Positions 38,451-52,683 are shown, counted from the stretch's first letter. The stretch is 64,000 nt of DNA from Bispira polyomma (GCA_965649765.1 OZ287751.1:65782001-65846000); one strand, 5' to 3'. Notes: generated from the letters alone by a model not told the origin. Numbers and translations are program-made.

Positions 38451-41400
38451 TTACCCACAAGGTCACCACAGCCCTGGCTAGAAAGTGTAATACGCTTAGT
38501 AGTATTGTTTAGTTTAGTTCGATTTTTAAGTTGATTCAACGAGTTTTGTGTTGCATGATTGCTGGAGGGTAGTTGATCAATGCCTTCTGCGCTGCAAATA
38601 AGCGAACTTTAGCAAGTCTCCGTGAAACTTTCTCAAACAGAAGGGGCGAGATTTAAATGCACAGCAACAGAGGTGGGAGGAGAATGTGTAACTATTACAC
38701 CAGCAAGGCCCCTCTTTAGGAGTATTTAAATTTGTTTGCAGCTCAATGTCACTTTCAACAACTGAGTATTGAGGTAGTTTTTATTGCAGGAGCAAAGCAG
38801 TACATGGTATTTAGTCATGGTTTTAAACTACCAGCCGTCAAGGCTAATGCCAGCTTTACCACATGTATGCACCAGGGTCTGGAATTGTACCCTCACTGCA
38901 GAGGTGGGAGGCGAATTTGTTTATAACCCAACTTTTAAATTATATATTTTATGTCACTCCAATAGAATTTATTGCAAGTACTACAACTAGCTGCCAATTT
39001 AAACTGGCCAGGCCAATGTACCTAAAGGAGAATGAGTTTAGCATCAGGGCATATCATTGGTTGTGATTTAGCAATAAACAAAGAAATCTGAAGAAATTAC
39101 AACGCTAAAAAATATTTATAGTAATGGCAAATAAGATGTGATATATGTACAATTTTCAGAGTAAGAACTAAAGAATTGTACTGATAATATTAACAACCGT
39201 TCCCCAGTTTTACAAAGGCCTAAAATGAGTTGGTATCCTGTAAAGGGCTGAAAGGGCTGCCACACTGTTCCACAGCACACCTACCACCTACTAAGGAGTA
39301 AAGACCTACTTATAATACCCTGTTCAGACTAATCCGGATTGACTAGGATTCTGGATTGAACCAGATTGAGCTGCATTTAGGTTCAGATATAAATTAACCC
39401 AGTTGTCCCAGTTTTTATAAGGCAGCTGTATATACATGCATTGTATATAGCAGAATCAGTTAAATTATTTTGGGCTAAGATTGCTGTGATTTTTGCAATT
39501 TAAAATTTAACTGTAATTGTTCTGAAATATTTTATCTTGGGGACTGTAATGGGTCTGAAATATTTACACTTGCGAACTGTAAAACATTTAAAATAACGAA
39601 TCAACAATACCAAAAAATAAAAACACTTAGTCATTGATATAGGACAAGTCCATTGATTACTTTTAATTGTTTTTAATTTCTTCTATTTTCGCTACTCCAC
39701 GTGCTTTCCTAATGTCAATGCTAAAACTCTTGGTTATATTAACACATAAGCAACCAAATCAATATATGGCACGAATAATAAAGGCAGGTAAATGTAGCTG
39801 TTGATATACGACAAACCCTTTAATTGCTCTTAATTTCTTACATTTTCACTAGTGCATGTGTTCACCTAAGGTCACTGAAAGACTAAACTCGAGAATCAAT
39901 CTTTATATCTGCAATCATGGTAAAATTATCTTGTATCTATGGTTTGAAATGGGTTACTGTGATTCTAATCTGACGTAGCAAATTTTTGATTATCCAAATT
40001 TTGAAATATTCAAAATTGAATAATGTTTATTGGAGGAACTATTTCACTGAGTGTAAGAAGGAGAACTTAGTTGAAACTACAAGAAAAACACCACCCAATT
40101 ACTTCTAACTTATGCAATAAATAGGTTGCAGAAAAATCATCTCTACTGATTCTTTGATTCGTTCAAAGACATGATTTATTTTGAAGCTATTTTGATACAG
40201 GACCAATAAACAATAAAGAAAATCTTGTACAAAAGAGCAAAAACAACAAAAGGTGAGCCCCAGTTGTTTACAACAAATAGCTAGCCGAGATAATTTTCTT
40301 ACACAAACTCCTGCCGTTTTTATCAAAATCTTATTAACAAAGATATTATCCTTTCTCTCTTGGGGATCTATAATTCGTTCTTGGAAAGGCTATTAAATCA
40401 AGGTTTTTTTCCATTTCCATGGAAAAATAATATTGTAATTAAAAAATTGCAGGATGTTATGCCACTAAAAAGGGGTTAATTTACTCTAAACACTCAAACA
40501 ATTGATGCTCTGACAGTTTAGGCTCCCACCTGACAAAGACAAACTGGCTTAGCGACATGACATGTGTCATAGTCATCAAGGGTTATCCCCATTGTAACCT
40601 CTATACCTTTTTTTTGTTGTCTCAAGTGATCGCCCCCTGCTTGGTAGTAGCGCCAAATTTCAAAATGTTCAAATTCAGTGCCACGACAAATCTTTGAATC
40701 GAAATTGAGGAGTCAATAACTTTATTGTCTCCTCTTTCTCCCCCTTTGTCTTCCAAGTCACCTGTATATATATATATATGTCTTCATATGCCTTATATTT
40801 TCGCCAAACCAACTGATGTAGGCGACAGGAAAGCAACAGTTAACAACAAGCGGATGATGTGAAAGAGATTTGTTGTACCGTTATCCTATTCTTGTCTCAA
40901 TAGTGTCTCACTGTGATCCTTCTGTGTCTCTTCGGTGTCGTCAAACTGTCTTAATGATGACATTAGAAGAACCCATTTGTCATTCTTTTTTCCAGGCCAC
41001 TGCACACGAGCAATAAAGGCAACCGCCAACAAAATGTCGCAATACTCATGCATTTTTGTCGCCTGTGTGGGAAGCCAGCCATATGTATCTAACTTGTGTT
41101 GTTTTCTGTTAGTATAAACCTATTTTAATCCTGCCATGATTCTGGTTGCATTTCTAAGACATTGGAAAATTGGATATTTAAAACAAATATTCAAAACCCG
41201 AACTAGCACCACCAAGTCAGTGATGCCTGAGTTGTTTCAGTTGATGTTACTAAAATAAACTAAATTAATAGAATCTCCCATTGAGTAGAAAGATAGTAAC
41301 TGAAAGTGCACAATTATTATCTTGACATTCTATTAAAATTGTTTAAAAATTACAAATGAAAATATTATATTAAAACTGTTAGTAATTGCAAATGATTTTC

Positions 41401-42639
41401 ATTGTTCTAATGTAGTTTTAAGATACACAGAAGGAAAAAGGGCCCCAAACACTATATATGAACATTGCACAATACTACAAAATAACAATTGTGTTATTAA
41501 TTGTATTAAATTTTCTGATATAAAATTATTAATGACCCAGACCCTAAACGAAAGAAAATCAATCAAGAAAAAAAAATCATGGTTAAGTACAAAAAACTAC
41601 ATGTAGTATTCTGATATAACTAAATTAATTGCTCCACTCTCCTATGCAAGAAGGAAAGAAATCCAATAAATTCACCCCATACTGTGTTTTACATTGTTAC
41701 GTTTGATGACCTTTTTTTGTTTTTATTAATAGAACACAATTTAAACAATTTATGACATAATGCCATGTGTTGCAAAGTATCTATGTTTTATTGTTTAATT
41801 GTGTGGCGTGAAAAAAAACAACAGAAAAGCACCAATTCTGCCCTATTTGGGTTAAGATTAAGGTTTAGATTTTTTATACAATGAAGTGCATGTTTAATTA
41901 TTTTATCTGGTTTTCTTATCTGTTGTCAGAATATGAACTCATTGGACTGATATTATACACAGTACTTTTTTAAGGACTCCATAATAATTAATTTTTTACA
42001 ATATATTTTTAATGGCATTTGCAACACATATTTTGAATATTTTTTTGCAGTAGGCATGACGTGTACAATTTGATGTTCTTCACAGTATTGATTAAGAACT
42101 TATTAATTAATCATTATTAATATACTCAATGGCATTTGCAACAGGCATGACATGTATAATTTAATACAGAAAAAGAAACATTTGAACATTATTTTGCCTA
42201 AAGCTTAAATAAAGTACAGTGAAGACAAAAAAGATTTGCAATAGTTTTTTTGCATATAAAAGAATAAACATCTCGTCCCGAAGAAAGGTAATCGAACAAA
42301 CATAGCGGACTCATTTGAATCAACAGAAAGTGGAAAAAGGAAAAATGAGAACCAGAGTGGTCACTAATTGCCACTTGAAGTAAATAAAGAGGGGAATGTA
42401 AACTGCTCGTATTTGCTCTGCCTTTGTTTGCTCACAATTGATCACACATACCATAAAACCTTTCAAAGAATGTCCTTTTAATGTGGTCCTCAAATACAGG
42501 ATCAGTCACTGTACTGTTCAAATTTGTTTGCCTAATCTTTAAAGACAAGAATTCAGTATTAATAGGAACTCTTCCCATATTTTTAAATAAATAAAAAGTC
42601 GATATATGTATATATTTGTGGGAAAACCAATCTAAGAAA

Positions 42640-43095
42640 AAATAGGTCTGTGGCTCCTATGAGGTATCATCGACTTCACAGTTTTACACACCCAGCCGGT
42701 GTTATTCTACTTGTCAACCAATTTGTTCACTCTGGGCTTCCTAAAGAAGCATATTAGTCATGCTACCACATACAGCGCACATTAAAACGAGGCTAAACGG
42801 GCGAGTATACCTGGCCGATTTTGCTTCCGAATCCGTCATCCGATATCTGTTTCAGTCATCCGAAAAAATTAGGATATAATAAAAAAAAGATTCGACTGAA
42901 ACGTATGTCGGATGAAGGATTCGGGAGCAAAATCGGCCAGGTATATTCGCCCCTTAACACCCATTTATGGCGAGGCACCCGTTTATACACCTGGAGAGAG
43001 AGGGACAATTTTGTGCAAAGTACCTTGTCTAAGGGTACAATCACAAAGCCAGAAACGAGGGTCAAACCTGGACCCTCAGATCCAAAGTGAGACAC
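42640..43095 (-). mobile_element. Nin/Deu-domain type SINE interrupted by a MITE
   Basis: Reverse complement contains a B-box-like GGTTTGACCC and GTACCCTTAGACAAGGTACTT...CTCTCTCCAGGTGTATAAACGGGTGCC, resembling the conserved Nin core. Confidence 0.65.
42799..42953. mobile_element. Fold-back MITE with ~58-bp inverted arms
   Basis: GGCGAGTATACCTGGCCGATTTTGCTTCCGAATCC.TCATCCGA ... TCGGATGA.GGATTCGGGAGCAAAATCGGCCAGGTATATTCGCC; TTAA on the right flank (Kolobok-like). Confidence 0.8.
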
Positions 43096-43904
43096 TTTTA
43101 GCACTAGAGATTAATGTCTTAGCTACCTATTCAGGAGGAATATAGCTCAGCTGGGACCCATATTATGTAAATCAAATATACCAATATGCTGCAAAAGATA
43201 ATCCGTTAACATTTCTTATACATGAAAATAATCGAGAGATTGGACTTTTGACTGTACACATGTATATTAAACAATTTTAATCATACATACAGATACATGG
43301 TAATATACATGTTTCATCTTGAGAGAAGGTGCTTCTTTGTTAAGAATGCTGCTAAAAAAAGTTAGTATTTCTCAAGGGTGTGCTTAAAAAAACATCCCAC
43401 ATTATAAAGACATGTGGAATAGTTTGTACACTGAAACACAAAATATTTTCTGAAAAAAAAATCCTTTTTCTTTTGATAACTTTAAGGAAATGTAACTAAG
43501 GTCAACTTTTCCTTAAATTCCACAAAAACGTTAACTTTACATTTAGTAATTGTTTACTTGTATATATATGCTCACTCTAAACTCTGCATTATTATGTAAC
43601 TATACCACCTATGTAAAATGTTACAGCTTTCAGATAGCAATATCTATTATGTAATTTATACACTACAAATACACGTGCATAATACATACCCTATCCGAGA
43701 TACTCACTTCACTGCTTCTGCCTTACAATAGGTTTCAGCTTCTTAAAGTGTGTTATAGTACTAAGGTTAAACACTAACAAAGTCATGACCAGTGATCAGA
43801 TTATGTATTAACACTATTATTCAAGAATTGTCTTTCAAAAGAGACACAGGCGAACATTGTGAGAAATATTAATCTGACACCCATCCATGAAGGCCATACA
43901 TATA

Positions 43905-44250
43905 ATTTCCACCATGGCGGCACTTTCCAATATAGCTGAACCCCTTTCATGTTTGTGTAAAAATAAAATTGTCAGTAGACTTTGCTGAATGCTGGTGGCC
44001 TGCGGAATAGAAAACCTTGACCAACTACCCGGCAATGATTTCAACCACTGGTGAACTGCCTGTCCTGTCTTGCGTGTGAATCATGGCACTTTCAAATATG
44101 TGGGAAAGTTGGCAGAAGACTTTGTCGAATGTTGGTGGCTTGCAGGATATAAAACCATGACCAAATACCCTGCAATGATTTCTTCCACTAGTGAACTGCC
44201 TGTCCTGATATGACACAAGATATGTAGGGAATTGTTAAACCCAAACTAAT
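43905..44250 (+). repeat. Tandemly duplicated SINE-core-like unit (~140-170 bp)
   Basis: Two copies of agacttt..gaatg.tggtggc.tgc.g.ata.aaaacc.tgaccaa.tacc..gcaatgattt...ccact.gtgaactgcctgtcctg. Confidence 0.65.
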
Positions 44251-45672
44251 CTAAACGGAATTAGTATACAATAACTGCATGAATTGCTACAAGGTCATAA
44301 AAAAGACAGCTGCATATGTGTGTGCTCAAACTGCAATCTATAACTTAAATAAGGCGGAAAAACTGGCTAGAATGAATGTTTTCTGTGTTGGTATATAGAA
44401 CATGTGAAAAACAGTTTTCGTTAAACCATAGTTGCTACAGCTGGACAGAAAATCAAATGTAACACTAACATTATGGATTATTTGTCAAGAGAGAACAAAT
44501 GATGATCTAAGATCATAAATATATACAACAACAGCATAAAAACAGACGAAAATAAACCTAACAGAATTGTAGACAGCAAATTAAAAGGTTTGTCAGTTAT
44601 TGCTCAATTTCCAAGAGGATTGCACCCCATTTGTGACAAATGCATTTCTTAATGGAGTTATTGAGGAGAAAATATTCACTGTGGGAGATGCTTTAAGCAG
44701 AGTCAATTAGATTTTCAGGGCAAACCAGGGGAGCTTGTGAGGGTGTGGGGGAAGGGGGAAGGACGGACCAAAGAAGTGAGAGATAGAGAATGAGGGGGAG
44801 AAGGAGATTTGGGTGGAAATAGAAACTTTCTGATCCACCAGAACATGTCATTGCAATTTTCAACAGTTAGGTGGCAGGATGTACTGACAGACACTTTGTG
44901 AATTGCAACTTAAAACAGTTTAGCACAGAGCTTTCTATATAAGATTGATGTGACGTTATCTTGTACATTAATTTTATATGTGTTACTTTCATATTTTAAC
45001 TAAATGAGTAAGAAGTAACAAATTCACTGCATCAATAAATAGTTAGCTTGTGACTGGCTGTGTATTGTGTAATACATTTATGGAACAGCTGCATTTAAGG
45101 GAAAACAAAAGATCATTGTACATTGAGTAATCTGGATATATTCTCTCTTTCTGTGTTTGTGCGAAAGTGATTGTCAGAGTTGAAAAGGTATCAAGTAAAA
45201 CTATAGATATTTCTGTTTTTGTTTTGGGTTTCAGTCCATTGTCCAGAGCACTGGATTATGTGTGGGAGGTGTATTTTTCCCAAATGCATGCCTTTTAAAT
45301 ATGATGGCAAAGTGTGTCTCTGTGTAAAGGTGATAACCTTGAATTAAATGTCTTAAAATTCCTTTCGTTGGAAATGATATGACATGTTTCTAGGAAAAAA
45401 TGTACTAATTAATGTGGGGAAAAAGCGGCCAATATAACAGTTATTATGATGCAGACTGGGAGAAATATATTTGCATAATCAGAAACATATTGATAATCGG
45501 TCTTTGATCTGTGTGATAATTCTTACTTCATTTCTCAATCTGGCAGGTGATGAATGGTAACATTGCCATGGACAGTTTAAACCAGATAGAAACTATATGT
45601 GAACTAAGATAACATGTGTGTTAGTGTTAAAAATTACCCTGTTACCCAACCTGGCATGTGGTAAATGTTGAC

Positions 45673-46899
45673 ATGGACAGTTTAAACCAGATAGAGGCTA
45701 TCTTTCACCACTACATTGTTCCAGTAATATGTGGCTTTGGCATGGTGTGCAATGTACTCAATCTGGCAGTGTTGTCCAGGAAACACATGAAGGATTCTCC
45801 ATACTCCTACCTGATGGGCTTGGCAGTGGCGGATCTCTCTGTACTCACACTGTCCTTCATGCACAATGTCTTCTCCTGTCGCATTGGTAGAGGATTGTTT
45901 GCTTGGCAGGTATTTGATGCCTACGTGTACCTACCATTTGCTAATGTGTTTGCCAACGCATCTGTATGGATAACCGTGATGCTGACTACTGAGCGATGGA
46001 TCAGTGTGAAGTTTCCTCTTAAGGCCAAGGAGATCTGCACACGGTCTTTGGCCAGAAAAATAATTGTGACGACATTCATACTTTCCTTAGTTATTAATAT
46101 CCCAAGGTTTATGTGCCAGAAGGTGGAACAGAAAGGACAGGAGTACCAAACCAACTCCACCTTGTTTGAGAGAAGTGCATTTTATAAAGGGGTCACCTGG
46201 TTTTACGTCTTTACCATACATATCATTCCACTTCTACTCCTCGTCTCGCTGAATTCCTGCTTAATAGCTTTGGTCTACCAAGCTGACCGTAGACGCAATG
46301 CCCTTCAGGTGTCCCACCGACAGATGAGAGAGGAACATGCTATCATCCGTGAGCAGACAAGACTCACTATCACCTGCATCAGTATCATCGTATTGTTTTT
46401 AGTGTGTATCATACCTTCTGCTTTTTCAAACAGACCGGTGGCATATGCCCTGTTTGGGGGTGATAAGACAGTTGCTAATTTCTTAGATACCCCTTTCTAC
46501 CATGTGTTAAAAGTCATCACCAACACACTGGTGTTTTGTAATCTATCCTTGAACTTTGTGCTGTACTGTGTGTTCAATAACAAGTTCAGGCACACTTTGC
46601 GGTATCTCTGTAGGGATTGTATGCACCGCCTCATCCACAAGGGTGAGCAGAAAGAAAGACGCCGGCTTTCCAGACGTTCTAGCAGTTCATCCAGTAGCTA
46701 TGTCCGTGGCACCAATGCCCATGGTTTCAGGAGGTCCACCGGGAACTATATCCCAGGAGGGACTACATCCCAGACACTGATGTTCTGTCATGCAGAGGCT
46801 TACCCTCTCACCAGGAGTATGTACCACACAAGAAGAACTGGGTCACGGAGACACCGACTGGAACTAACCAGTGTGTCCGAGGTTTCTGATGCCATCTGA
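45673..46899 (+). CDS. Class A (rhodopsin-like) neuropeptide GPCR, FMRFamide/sex-peptide-receptor-like, coding region intronless as seen
   Basis: Seven hydrophobic segments; GxxxN in TM1, YLMGLAVADL in TM2, ERW at the DRY position, NFVLY..FN.KFR in TM7/H8; Ser/Arg-rich tail. First in-frame ATG at 45673. Confidence 0.93.
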   Translation: MDSLNQIEAIFHHYIVPVICGFGMVCNVLNLAVLSRKHMKDSPYSYLMGLAVADLSVLTLSFMHNVFSCRIGRGLFAWQVFDAYVYLPFANVFANASVWITVMLTTERWISVKFPLKAKEICTRSLARKIIVTTFILSLVINIPRFMCQKVEQKGQEYQTNSTLFERSAFYKGVTWFYVFTIHIIPLLLLVSLNSCLIALVYQADRRRNALQVSHRQMREEHAIIREQTRLTITCISIIVLFLVCIIPSAFSNRPVAYALFGGDKTVANFLDTPFYHVLKVITNTLVFCNLSLNFVLYCVFNNKFRHTLRYLCRDCMHRLIHKGEQKERRRLSRRSSSSSSSYVRGTNAHGFRRSTGNYIPGGTTSQTLMFCHAEAYPLTRSMYHTRRTGSRRHRLELTSVSEVSDAI

Positions 46900-49800
46900 A
46901 GCTGCATTAACCCTTTTTGCTACTGCGTTCATCGAGACTGAAACAATTTTTAGGTTCTAGATAACTGGGGGTAACTAAACACACACTGGACTATACACAT
47001 TGACATTGTGTATATGTTTCTAAGAACCACCCTGTTGCAAATTGACAGTACTGAGGGAAAGTGGGAAAGTAAAAGAATACATGGCGTCGACTAATAATCA
47101 ACAGGTATCTCTGAAAAAGATGACTTTGGGTATGTTTATAATAGCCAAAAAAATGGTTTGCTTTGTGGGTAAAGCCTTTGGGGGAATTTTCAGTGATTAA
47201 AGCTATTTCTTACACATTATTATGACCATTATATCTGATTTTAGTAATCCACCTAATAATCTCAGTGGTGTTAATTCAGTTGTCAAAGTGGTGAGGTGGA
47301 CATTCTAGTTTTACTTGTGTAAAATATATATTTATTTTTGTTATAAAATTACAATTTCTATGTATGGTTTCCACATGTCCAAGTTGACCCCAGTACAATG
47401 ATTCAGGAGGTCCACCGAGAATTGAGATGTGGATGAAAGATGATAACTGTGAGCTTGCAAGATAACTTTGTATATTTGACAATACCTTGAAGGATTTAAG
47501 ACAGAATTTACCTCCCTGAGCAAGTAGTACAAGACATTTTCCATCTCAGAAAAATATCATGAAGCCCCTCAAGTCGTTGGTTATTTTGAGTAAAGGAAGC
47601 TCTGTGGGGTTATTAATATTGCAGTAGACAAGTGTATTTCCGGCATGTCAAAGCAGTTAGACAGTTTCTTAGCAAGCGTCTCATTTTATGGGATTTAAAG
47701 CAGCAAGATAAATGTTATACTACTGACACATGTCTCGTCTTCAGATGTTACTACTATTTAAATAAATTCAGTTCTTGTTAATTGTTTGTTGAGCAACTTA
47801 TGTAGGTTTAATTATTATTGAGGTACACCGGATGTCATAAAATTGTGTCCAGCAGTTGGATAGTTTTTTATTAAAAATGGCAAATGGTATACCAATATTT
47901 GGAGAAGTTCTGTATAAAATAATTATTTCAAAGGGGGTGGTTGGGGTCTGGGCGCTAACTTTAGCTACTTTGGCTTGTGAAAATAGTGAATACAATAGTG
48001 AAAATGTATACCCAAGATGAGAATTTACGTTTATTTTTCATTTACAAATAGGCGACATTCAAGATAATCCAGGTGTTTTCAAAGTATTAAACACAAATGA
48101 TTAGCTTAAACTAAAATTTCAGCTGATACTTTTAACTAACCTGTCACCTTAGTTGATAAATATGCACCAATTCTACCTATTTCTTTATTACATGTAAATA
48201 AAAATATCCTCAAATGTTCGTCTCAGCAGAATTTAGAACAAAAACAAGCTCGTCAGGAAAAACCCAGCTTAGTTTTGTTCTGTCATTATACATGAAAGAA
48301 GGTATACCGACGTCATTACAGTGAATAATGCAAAGTTTCTAAATTCATGTATTGGTTTTAGGGCTATTTTAACAGAGTCAATTATTAATTTGTTTAAAGT
48401 CTCCAGTAGATTGTGTCACTGGATTTTTTTTGTTCAATTCAGTTATTCCCAGGGCATGGGATGTTTGACATTGATGGAGATTGTACAAATTTATATTGTT
48501 ACTGATAACTTTGTAAAATTTTCAGTTGTAATAATAAGGTTGAATTGTCCTTTAAAAACATTGAAGTATTTCAAAGGATACTTTGAATGATTGCATTCAC
48601 AATAAAGTTATTCAATTTTGAAATGTTGGCATGTGCTATATAACCTCCTATCATCAATAATTAGTAGATTTCAAAGACAAAATTATGCCAACAACCAAGT
48701 TCAAGCTATAGAAGATAACTGTTTGTAATAATCATTTTTTTTTTTGCAAAAAAATCATCATTTGCTAGCACAGATGAGCTCACGTTCTGGACTAGTTTAT
48801 TTCTCTGTCATTATACCACACCGGTCTCACTGATAGCAGCTAGCAAGAATGATTAAGGTATCTTATTGAGCTGCAACACATATTTCTAAAAATAGTCCTG
48901 GGGGCGTTAGTACAAAATATAATTAAATAACCAATGTCAGGACTGACATGTGGATTTTGTGCTGTCGAAGCTCACTTCCTTTACTTTTTAATAAAGCTTG
49001 GCTATTCAGGTAAACACAATAAGAAAAAAAGTTCAATTAAAACTATCAAACAACAACAAGAAAGAAGCGTTTCCTTACATGATAAATCATTTATTTAAAA
49101 AAGAACATGTTTTATGCCTTACTTCTTCACTGGGTAAAAAGCTGGCTATATCTAGTTGTAGGAGCTGCATTACTCTTAATAAAGAAATCATGTTTAGCTT
49201 GGATTCAACCTTAGCTGTCACATATATCAGGCCTCAAATGTCAGCTCTCCAGTATATCCGGCTACCGTCAAGTAAAATCTCAGTTTAAATTGAAAAATTG
49301 AATGTAGAAGAAACAACAAAACTCTATTACAATCAAGAGTTACAAGTATAGATTATATTCCAGAGATTTGCATGTAGCCTTTATTTGAGTTGGTCAGTTG
49401 TTGTTGTATTTTTAGAAAAGATGAGCAGAAACAGGTTTTGTAATAGAGTTGTTTATACAAAATAAAAAGTGTCCCTAGAGTTCAAAGTACAATGATTTTG
49501 ATTGAGTATTGCATTTGCAAATATGCTTTGCAAATATGTACATGCCATCTTGGTCAATAATATCACTGTCCCTTTGACCAAGGAGGGCTAGTTTTTTATT
49601 ATTTTCTAGCAGTAGCAGTTTTATTTTTGTTATCAAGCTTCAAAGCATGATGCCCAGATCACCGAGAGCAAAGGTCACTCTGCTTCAAGTTGTAATTTAA
49701 TGTGTTTCTAACAAAAAAGTCATATTGGAGTTCATAACCAGATTATGAAAAATGTCATTTTGGTTCAGTTTTCAATTTTGTATTTATTTATTTTTTAAGA

Positions 49801-50383
49801 ATGAAAAAGTAAAAAAAATGTTCTTTAAAATCACAAGCAATGAAGACTTGTTATGACTGAAGACATGACTAGTACTTATATTACAATGCCTTCATTCTTG
49901 GAACTCAAACGACCATGTATTTGTGTCGCTCTGTACTTGTGCTTACCAACAGTTAAATTATCTGTGGCTATTACAGTGTTGCATTCCAATAAGCCAATTT
50001 AGCATCTTGAGCCTTTGCAAAAAGCCAGGGCTTAAATGCCCCCCCCTTCCCCACGCCAAATGTCAAAATTATTGTAACATGTAAAAAGCACTGATGTAGG
50101 CAATCTGGCTATCTACAGAAAAGGGATGAAAAGCAAAAGTAGTTATTAGTTGATTTATACACTAAACATATTACTTAATAAAAAGTTATTTGTTGAAATA
50201 AGATGTTATCAAGTTTTAAGTTATATTGCCGTGTTTTTGTTTATCACGAACTGATGTGCAATCATGTTATTGTACGTAGATGCTCCAGATGCTGAATTGG
50301 GTTTATATTGAAGTAGCTAAAAAAATTAAAACTTGGTGGCAATAAAACCGCTGTAGTAATTGAGCTCTTGTTTAAAGCCACTC

Positions 50384-50679
50384 CTAAACACCGGAGACTT
50401 TGTCCACCATTTCACTATTGGCCTTTTGAACTTTGCCCTCTTTGATGGTCATTTCTGTGTCCTCTGGGTCCTGGAACTTCATCCTAGAGATGGCTATGGC
50501 AAGGACCACACTAAATATGCTGGCGACCATCTGGAACATACACGACAGGCCGTAGGTGTGGTACCGGAAACGCTCGGTGTCGTAAAACAGGCAGGCTCCC
50601 GTCACGTCACAGACCTCCTGCCATAAGACGCAGGTGGCATCAATAATAAGGCCAAACAGGATAGGGCCTGGGATAAAGC
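50384..50679 (-). CDS. SLCO: SLCO/OATP organic anion transporter, terminal coding exon
   Basis: GFIPGPILFGLIIDATCVLWQEVCDVTGACLFYD motif; AG acceptor at 50680-81; TAG stop at 50384-86. Confidence 0.93.
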
Positions 50680-50847
50680 CTGCAATACACAGAATTATTA
50701 ATCAGTGCCCATATATTACGGAAACCCAGTGAGTACAGCGTTAAATGCAAAATTTGCTTAACAAAGCAAATGCTTTACATTTGGCTTTTGTAAAATACAA
50801 TACCCACATTTAATTCTGCCTTAAAAGTAAAACAAGGTATTGGTTAA

Positions 50848-51621
50848 TGTTACAGTCATGGGAGCAAGCGCGGTAGCAATTACCGGTTGCTTTGAAGTTG
50901 TAACAGGAAAAGACAAAAAGTTTCACTTAAATTTATTTAACAAATAAAATAACAATTACAGAATTACAGAATTACAATCAACCAAGATACTCTTAATGGT
51001 TCATACAATAATACAACAATGAAACCAATCTGACCTGACCACAGTCCTGTCCACATAAATAACAATTAAACAAGTTTGTCCACTGTATTCAGCAATCTGT
51101 CTTGAAATCCGCTCGGTGTCCACACAATGCCTGTATCCTGTTATCCGTTCGGTGTCCACAAACACAAAATGTATATATCCAGAGAGTCTGCACAACTAAG
51201 CTATCCAATCCAGGATGCAAAAATATCCAATATGCAGTAAATCCAATCCCTGGTAGATCCACAACTTTTATCTAGTTCACTCCAATGAGTTCACCACAAA
51301 AACATATGTAGTAATCAGTTTATATCCACAGGAAAAGAAATAAAATGTTTCACAGTATAGCAGTTCATATAGCACACCAACTCAATAATCTCTGGTCTGT
51401 GGCCAGGCTGTCAACCCTTATATAGACAACTGCTAGAGAAGGCTCTAGAATATGTAAACAATCGCTAGAACATTCCAGAGATGAGATATACATATGAACA
51501 CAACTTTAATAACAGAAACAAAATAGAAACAGCTTCTAGAAGCTTAGGGGTTTCCCCAAATCTATAAATAGATCACTCTAGCAGAGTGCTTTAACATACC
51601 ACAATGTCCTTATATGTAACA
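50848..51621 (-). mobile_element. Solo LTR in an SLCO intron
   Basis: TGTTACA...TGTAACA termini with 5-bp TSD GTTAA on both sides; TATA-like and AATAAA signals on the minus strand; no coding sequence. Confidence 0.8.
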
Positions 51622-52683
51622 GTTAATTATTCACTATTATAATTAATGGTTAACTATGCAGTTTAGGGGAACTTAGAGCAGTAATAAAACTTAATCTTAA
51701 ACCTTATGTATTGTAATGGATACTTAAGTGTTAGATAGTTAAGAATATACAATACTTATGTTAAATTGAAAGTTCAGAAAAACTTAATTCTACCAAGGAA
51801 ATTAAGATAAGTGGATTAGCTTTTAGCTTGGCTCAGTAGTTTGAGAATACCGCCACATAAGTATAATTATTTTAACTAAACTAGATATTTTATTTGTTAT
51901 ATTGTATAATTTTGTATATTTCGAAAGTGTCTCATTTAATTTGAGCCAAAATACATAAACTGGACATGAAATGTGGTGTGGAAGAAAAAAAGGTAATTTA
52001 TGGTGGATACGAAAGGTTTTTGAACATATAAGTTTTTAGTTTGCATCTGAGTGTGTTGTCTTATATTGACAGAGAGCAGATCCAAAACGAAAATGACAGT
52101 GACCAGTAACATATAAAGCTTACTGATATATTTTGTTAATTTATCAATCTGTACAACACAATGTGTATATCTAATCCTTTTTCTCTACTTAAGACAACTT
52201 ACTTCTTACTAGAAACGTTTTAAGAGGTTAATCTTCGTGTAACTGCTTTAAAAAAACAATAGATTATTTCTTCTTCAATCATCAATCTATTTTCAGAAAC
52301 CTATACTTATGAGTTTTGCCCAACTCTTGGTTTTTTGGTAGGTGTAGATTTAAAGAAATGTCTTTAAAAGACAAATATAAGCAAAATGTATTGCATATGG
52401 ATCATTATAGAAACAAAATCCTTGCAGAATCTTTCCAGTCCTTGGCAATTCAATAGAAAATGTAAACTACTTTTAAAATGAAAAGAAAAAACATCTAATG
52501 GTCTTGTCATGAAAGATCTTGATATATAAATAGCTTAATTCTATAGAGGTACAAATTTTTTCATTCACAGTGAAAGTTTAATCGTCTCAAATATCTACCT
52601 TTTTTATCCCTATCAGTTAACTACTTATAAGCAAAAAATACTACTTTAGAACCAAGAACACTAAGTTGTGTTACAAACGAAGC

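Noticed and set aside
30200-45500. Many 60-90 aa ORFs
   Set aside because: No recognisable domains, consistent with chance in AT-rich DNA or repeats; only a faint L2-like remnant near 36250-36420.
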